From positions 25,544,001 to 25,608,000 of the forward strand of contig OZ210885.1 in assembly GCA_964658305.1 (NCBI GenBank): a stretch of DNA of 64,000 nucleotides. Reading direction: 5' to 3'. Positions within the stretch are counted from its first letter, which is position 1. Every line of letters begins with the position of its first letter. Shown here piece by piece: positions 60,954 through 64,000 of this stretch. Both the position numbers and the translations under genes were made by a program. The notes beneath the pieces are model-generated. The model searched no databases, had not been told where the DNA came from, and saw nothing but the letters and a program-made list of their open reading frames with translations. The DNA is from Leptogorgia sarmentosa. Its lineage: Eukaryota.

Positions 60954-63539
60954 ATGCCAACTATATCTATATTGAAGCTAGCTGTACTTGTTCTATTGAT
61001 AACTAATATCGATGCGTCAAAGAGCACTAAATTATATTCCGTGGTGTCGTACCAATTATCATTAATGCCTCGCTACCAGATCAAATATTTTAATGGCAGA
61101 GCATTGTGTTATTCTAATACGACTGCCAGCTATTCTACATCGTCTGTTACTCTTGCAACTTCTGGTGATGTTGAGAAAAATCCCGGCCCTAAAGGATCCA
61201 GGAGTGAAGACCAAGAGCCAAGCAATATTTCTCGTAAACGACCAGCCAGTGAAATGTCAGCAGAGGAATCCAACCCGTATGATATCGGAATATTTCGATT
61301 TCCAAACGCTCAGCATTTTCTAATGAACAGAAGTACGATCTTATTTTGAAGTGCTGGAAACCCGAACCATCGTACAATTTTCCTAAAACTGTTGAAGGCA
61401 GAAATACGAGATCGTTCAGGTACGAGTGGCTACGAACATATCCTTGGTTGCGCTATAGTCCAATGTATGATGGTGCGTTTTGCCTGCCCTGCGTTTTATT
61501 TGGAAACGATACAGCGTTCGAGAGGTTAGACAAACTTTTTAAAAGCCCGCTTAAACTGTGGACTAGTGCGGCAAGTAAGTTTTCTGCACATGAGAAAAGA
61601 TCCTCAAAACACAAGAACAGCGTCACTGATTTACAGTTGTTCAAGGCTTCGATGCAGAACAAGAGAAAAGATATCGATGAACTTTTGTCCGCTCAGGTGG
61701 AAAAAAGAATAAAAGAAAACCGGGAAAGATTGTCCCCTATAGTAAAGTGTATTTTGCACTGTGGAAAACTAACCAGGCACTTAGAGGTCATCGAGATGAT
61801 TCGACTCAGGATAGGGAACAACAGGGAAATTTCAAAGACCTTATAGAGTTTAGGATAGAATCTGGAGATACTAAGTTAAAGGAGCATTTGGAAACAGCCA
61901 GTAAAAATCAGACATATCTTTCCAAAACAACACAAAATCAGCTAATCAGTGCCACTTCTAAATTTATTCGCGATACGATTTTGACAAATATCAATAATGG
62001 CTCCAGGTATTACAGCATAATGGCAGATGAAGCAACTGATATCTCTAATAAAGAGCAACTCTCTATGGTAGTGAGATACGTATATAACAGTAAAATCATT
62101 AGAGAGTCATTTATAGGCTTTTGTCATCTTTCTGATGGTTGTACAGGAGTTGCTATAAAGAATGAGATTCTAAAACAAATTAAAGATTTTGGCTTAGATA
62201 TTAACCTGTGTAGAGGTCAAGGATACGATGGTGCAGGAGCAGTAGCTGGTATTCGCAATGGAACCGCTGCTTTGATTAGATCAGAATATACTAAAGCTAT
62301 TTTTGTGCATTGTTCAAGCCACAGATTGAATTTATGTGTTGCTGCATCTTGTTCAATTCAGATTGTACGTGAAATGATGGATAACTGTAAGTCTATTGCT
62401 GATTTCTTTAACTTGTCACCCAAACGACAAAGCTATTTAATTGAAAATGTAAAGACATATTTGCCTGGCTCTAATCATTTTGTTTTAAAAGACTATGTAG
62501 AACAAGGTGGATTGAACGAATAGATGGACTTGAAAGAACATTGGAGCTTTATGTACCAATTATTAAAACTTGGAATAATGTCAGAGGACCAAATTCGGAG
62601 AAGTGGAATAATAATACTATTACATTAGCTGCAGGACTGCATAAGAAGTTAATTGGGTTTGAATTCATAATTGCTTTGAAAGTTGTTAGCAAAATAATTG
62701 GTTACACATGCAAGGCAACAGTTTTATTGCAAAGAACTGAGATGGATCTTGCTGGTGTAAAGTCAGAAATTGATTTCATAGTTGAAAAGTGTACTAATTT
62801 CAGATCAAACATTAATACTGAGCATGGGAACCTTTACCAAGAAGCTGTTGAGATCGGTACAAAAGTAGGAGAATTGCCAACCATGCCAAGAGTCGTACAA
62901 ACCCAGATACACAGACCAAACGCTCCGGCAAAAACACCCGAAGATTATTATAGGATAAATTTGACTGAACCTTTTTTGGCACATTTGATAACATCACTGA
63001 ATGAAAAATTTGAAGAATCAACACTGATCACCTATGAAGGCTTTTCCATTATTCCAAATATTCTGGTTAATTTGGTGGAGAAGAGTTTGCCTTGGAAAAG
63101 CAAATTGGAAAATTTTATTGACTTTTATCAAGCTGACCTGCCAAATATCGAGGGACTTGATGCAGAACTAGATATGTGGGAAACAAGATGGGTGAAAGAA
63201 GCGAGAAAGCTGAGAGAGTCTGACTCGGAACAAACCATTCCAAAGAGAATTTCTGATACTCTATTACATTCAGATGAAGAGTTTTACCCCAATATAAGCA
63301 CAATGTTAAATATTTTAGCCATCGTTCCCGCCACAACATGCACATGTGAAAGGTCTATTTTGGCATTAAGGAGATTGAAAACTTGGTTGAGATCAGCAAT
63401 GACAAACGAAAGATTGACTGGTTTGGCATTAATTCATGTTTATAGGCACATGACCTTTGATGTAGAAATTATTGATAACTTTGCACATGCATATCCCAGA
63501 TGGATGCGTTTGTTAAACGTTGTTTGCTCAGATGAATAA
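60954..63539 (+). pseudogene. Signal-peptide-like leader + 2A motif + PRKRIR/THAP12-like hAT transposase, with several frameshifts
   Basis: MPTISILKLAVLVLLITNIDA; TLATSGDVEKNPGP; NPYDIG..KCWKP; FRYEWL..FCLPC; LRGHRD; ADEATD; GQGYDGA; HCSSHRLNL; CERS..LRRLKTWLRSAM. Confidence 0.85.
61167..61190 (+). other. 2A/StopGo ribosome-skipping consensus D-V-E-x-N-P-G-P
   Basis: gat gtt gag aaa aat ccc ggc cct = DVEKNPGP, preceded by LATSG. Confidence 0.8.
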
Positions 63540-64000
63540 CGCTTTAAAATAATAACTTACTTATAATGTACGATATGTATATATATTAACTAAAATATAT
63601 TCTATCTTATTCCGTATTGAACAAGTTGTCAGATCCTCTAAGTCGAAGGGGCATTATATAAAAAAAAGATTTGTTAAAAACATGCATTTTCATATTGCTG
63701 ATATTGTCAAACGAGTGCCCCCCAAAACGCAGGAAATGCTGTTTTAGAGCACTAATTTTCAAAAATTTTGTCATGTCTAACCCTGGATCCGCCCCTGGTT
63801 CCAGCTAGATTTTGCACTAAACTGCCCTATTGGTGTGAAAGACCAGCCTGAAACTAAATCAATTCTAAAGCCATGTGCCGGACAATGGGAACACTTTTTA
63901 TAGACCGTCGTAGAGAGAACATAGTAAGCTCTGATCCGCAAATTTGCGCACAATATGTGTGGGTGCGGTTTCTGGGATGCAAAGGATGTGTGAAGTGTAA

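Larger units (their letters stand above)
60035..63797 (+). mobile_element. hAT element with 5-bp TSD (hAT5 type)
   Basis: GTTCC|CAGGGGCGGATTCAG ... CTGGATCCGCCCCTG|GTTCC. Confidence 0.9.

Noticed and set aside
43464..63539. Host genes PRKRIR/THAP12, ZMYM1 or VRTN
   Set aside because: Each sits between TIRs with TSDs and carries frameshifts, so they are transposases rather than domesticated genes.
59719..63830. Small host element around the last hAT5 with an internal inverted motif (tgtgcattt..aaaagcatgaa)
   Set aside because: Probably a non-autonomous DNA transposon fragment, but its ends and family cannot be supported.

Overview
Eukaryotic, AT-rich, intron-containing DNA made almost entirely of nested transposable elements. 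I recognised no ordinary host gene, RNA gene or CRISPR array. The TE mix suggests a marine invertebrate, plausibly a cnidarian (inference). From left to right: (1) a decayed Sola-like transposase; (2) a BEL/Pao pol fragment; (3) IS3EU-type DNA transposon A (~6146-20792), with a head-to-head BEL/Gypsy chimera in an intron; (4) TA-flanked MITEs; (5) a TTAA-flanked Kolobok (22951-32337) interrupted by a complete tyrosine-recombinase retrotransposon with split direct repeats (26569-31184); (6) a near-intact IS3EU-type element B (32930-38487, 6-bp TSD); (7) a CR1/L2-group LINE split by a hAT5 and by an unclassified GAG-ended DDE element that itself contains a hAT; (8) a final hAT5. Four observations stand out. 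Both IS3EU-type elements pair a transposase with a convergent HECT E3-ligase gene, and within each element the two proteins start with the same module (SAM/SAM in A, zinc ribbon/zinc ribbon in B). The YR retrotransposon hides its internal B1-A2 repeat junction inside a spliceosomal intron of gag. One hAT5 transposase is preceded by a signal-peptide-like leader plus a 2A StopGo motif. A related hAT5 carries an OTU/vertnin-like domain at that position instead. All family names come from motif recognition by eye, not from database searches.
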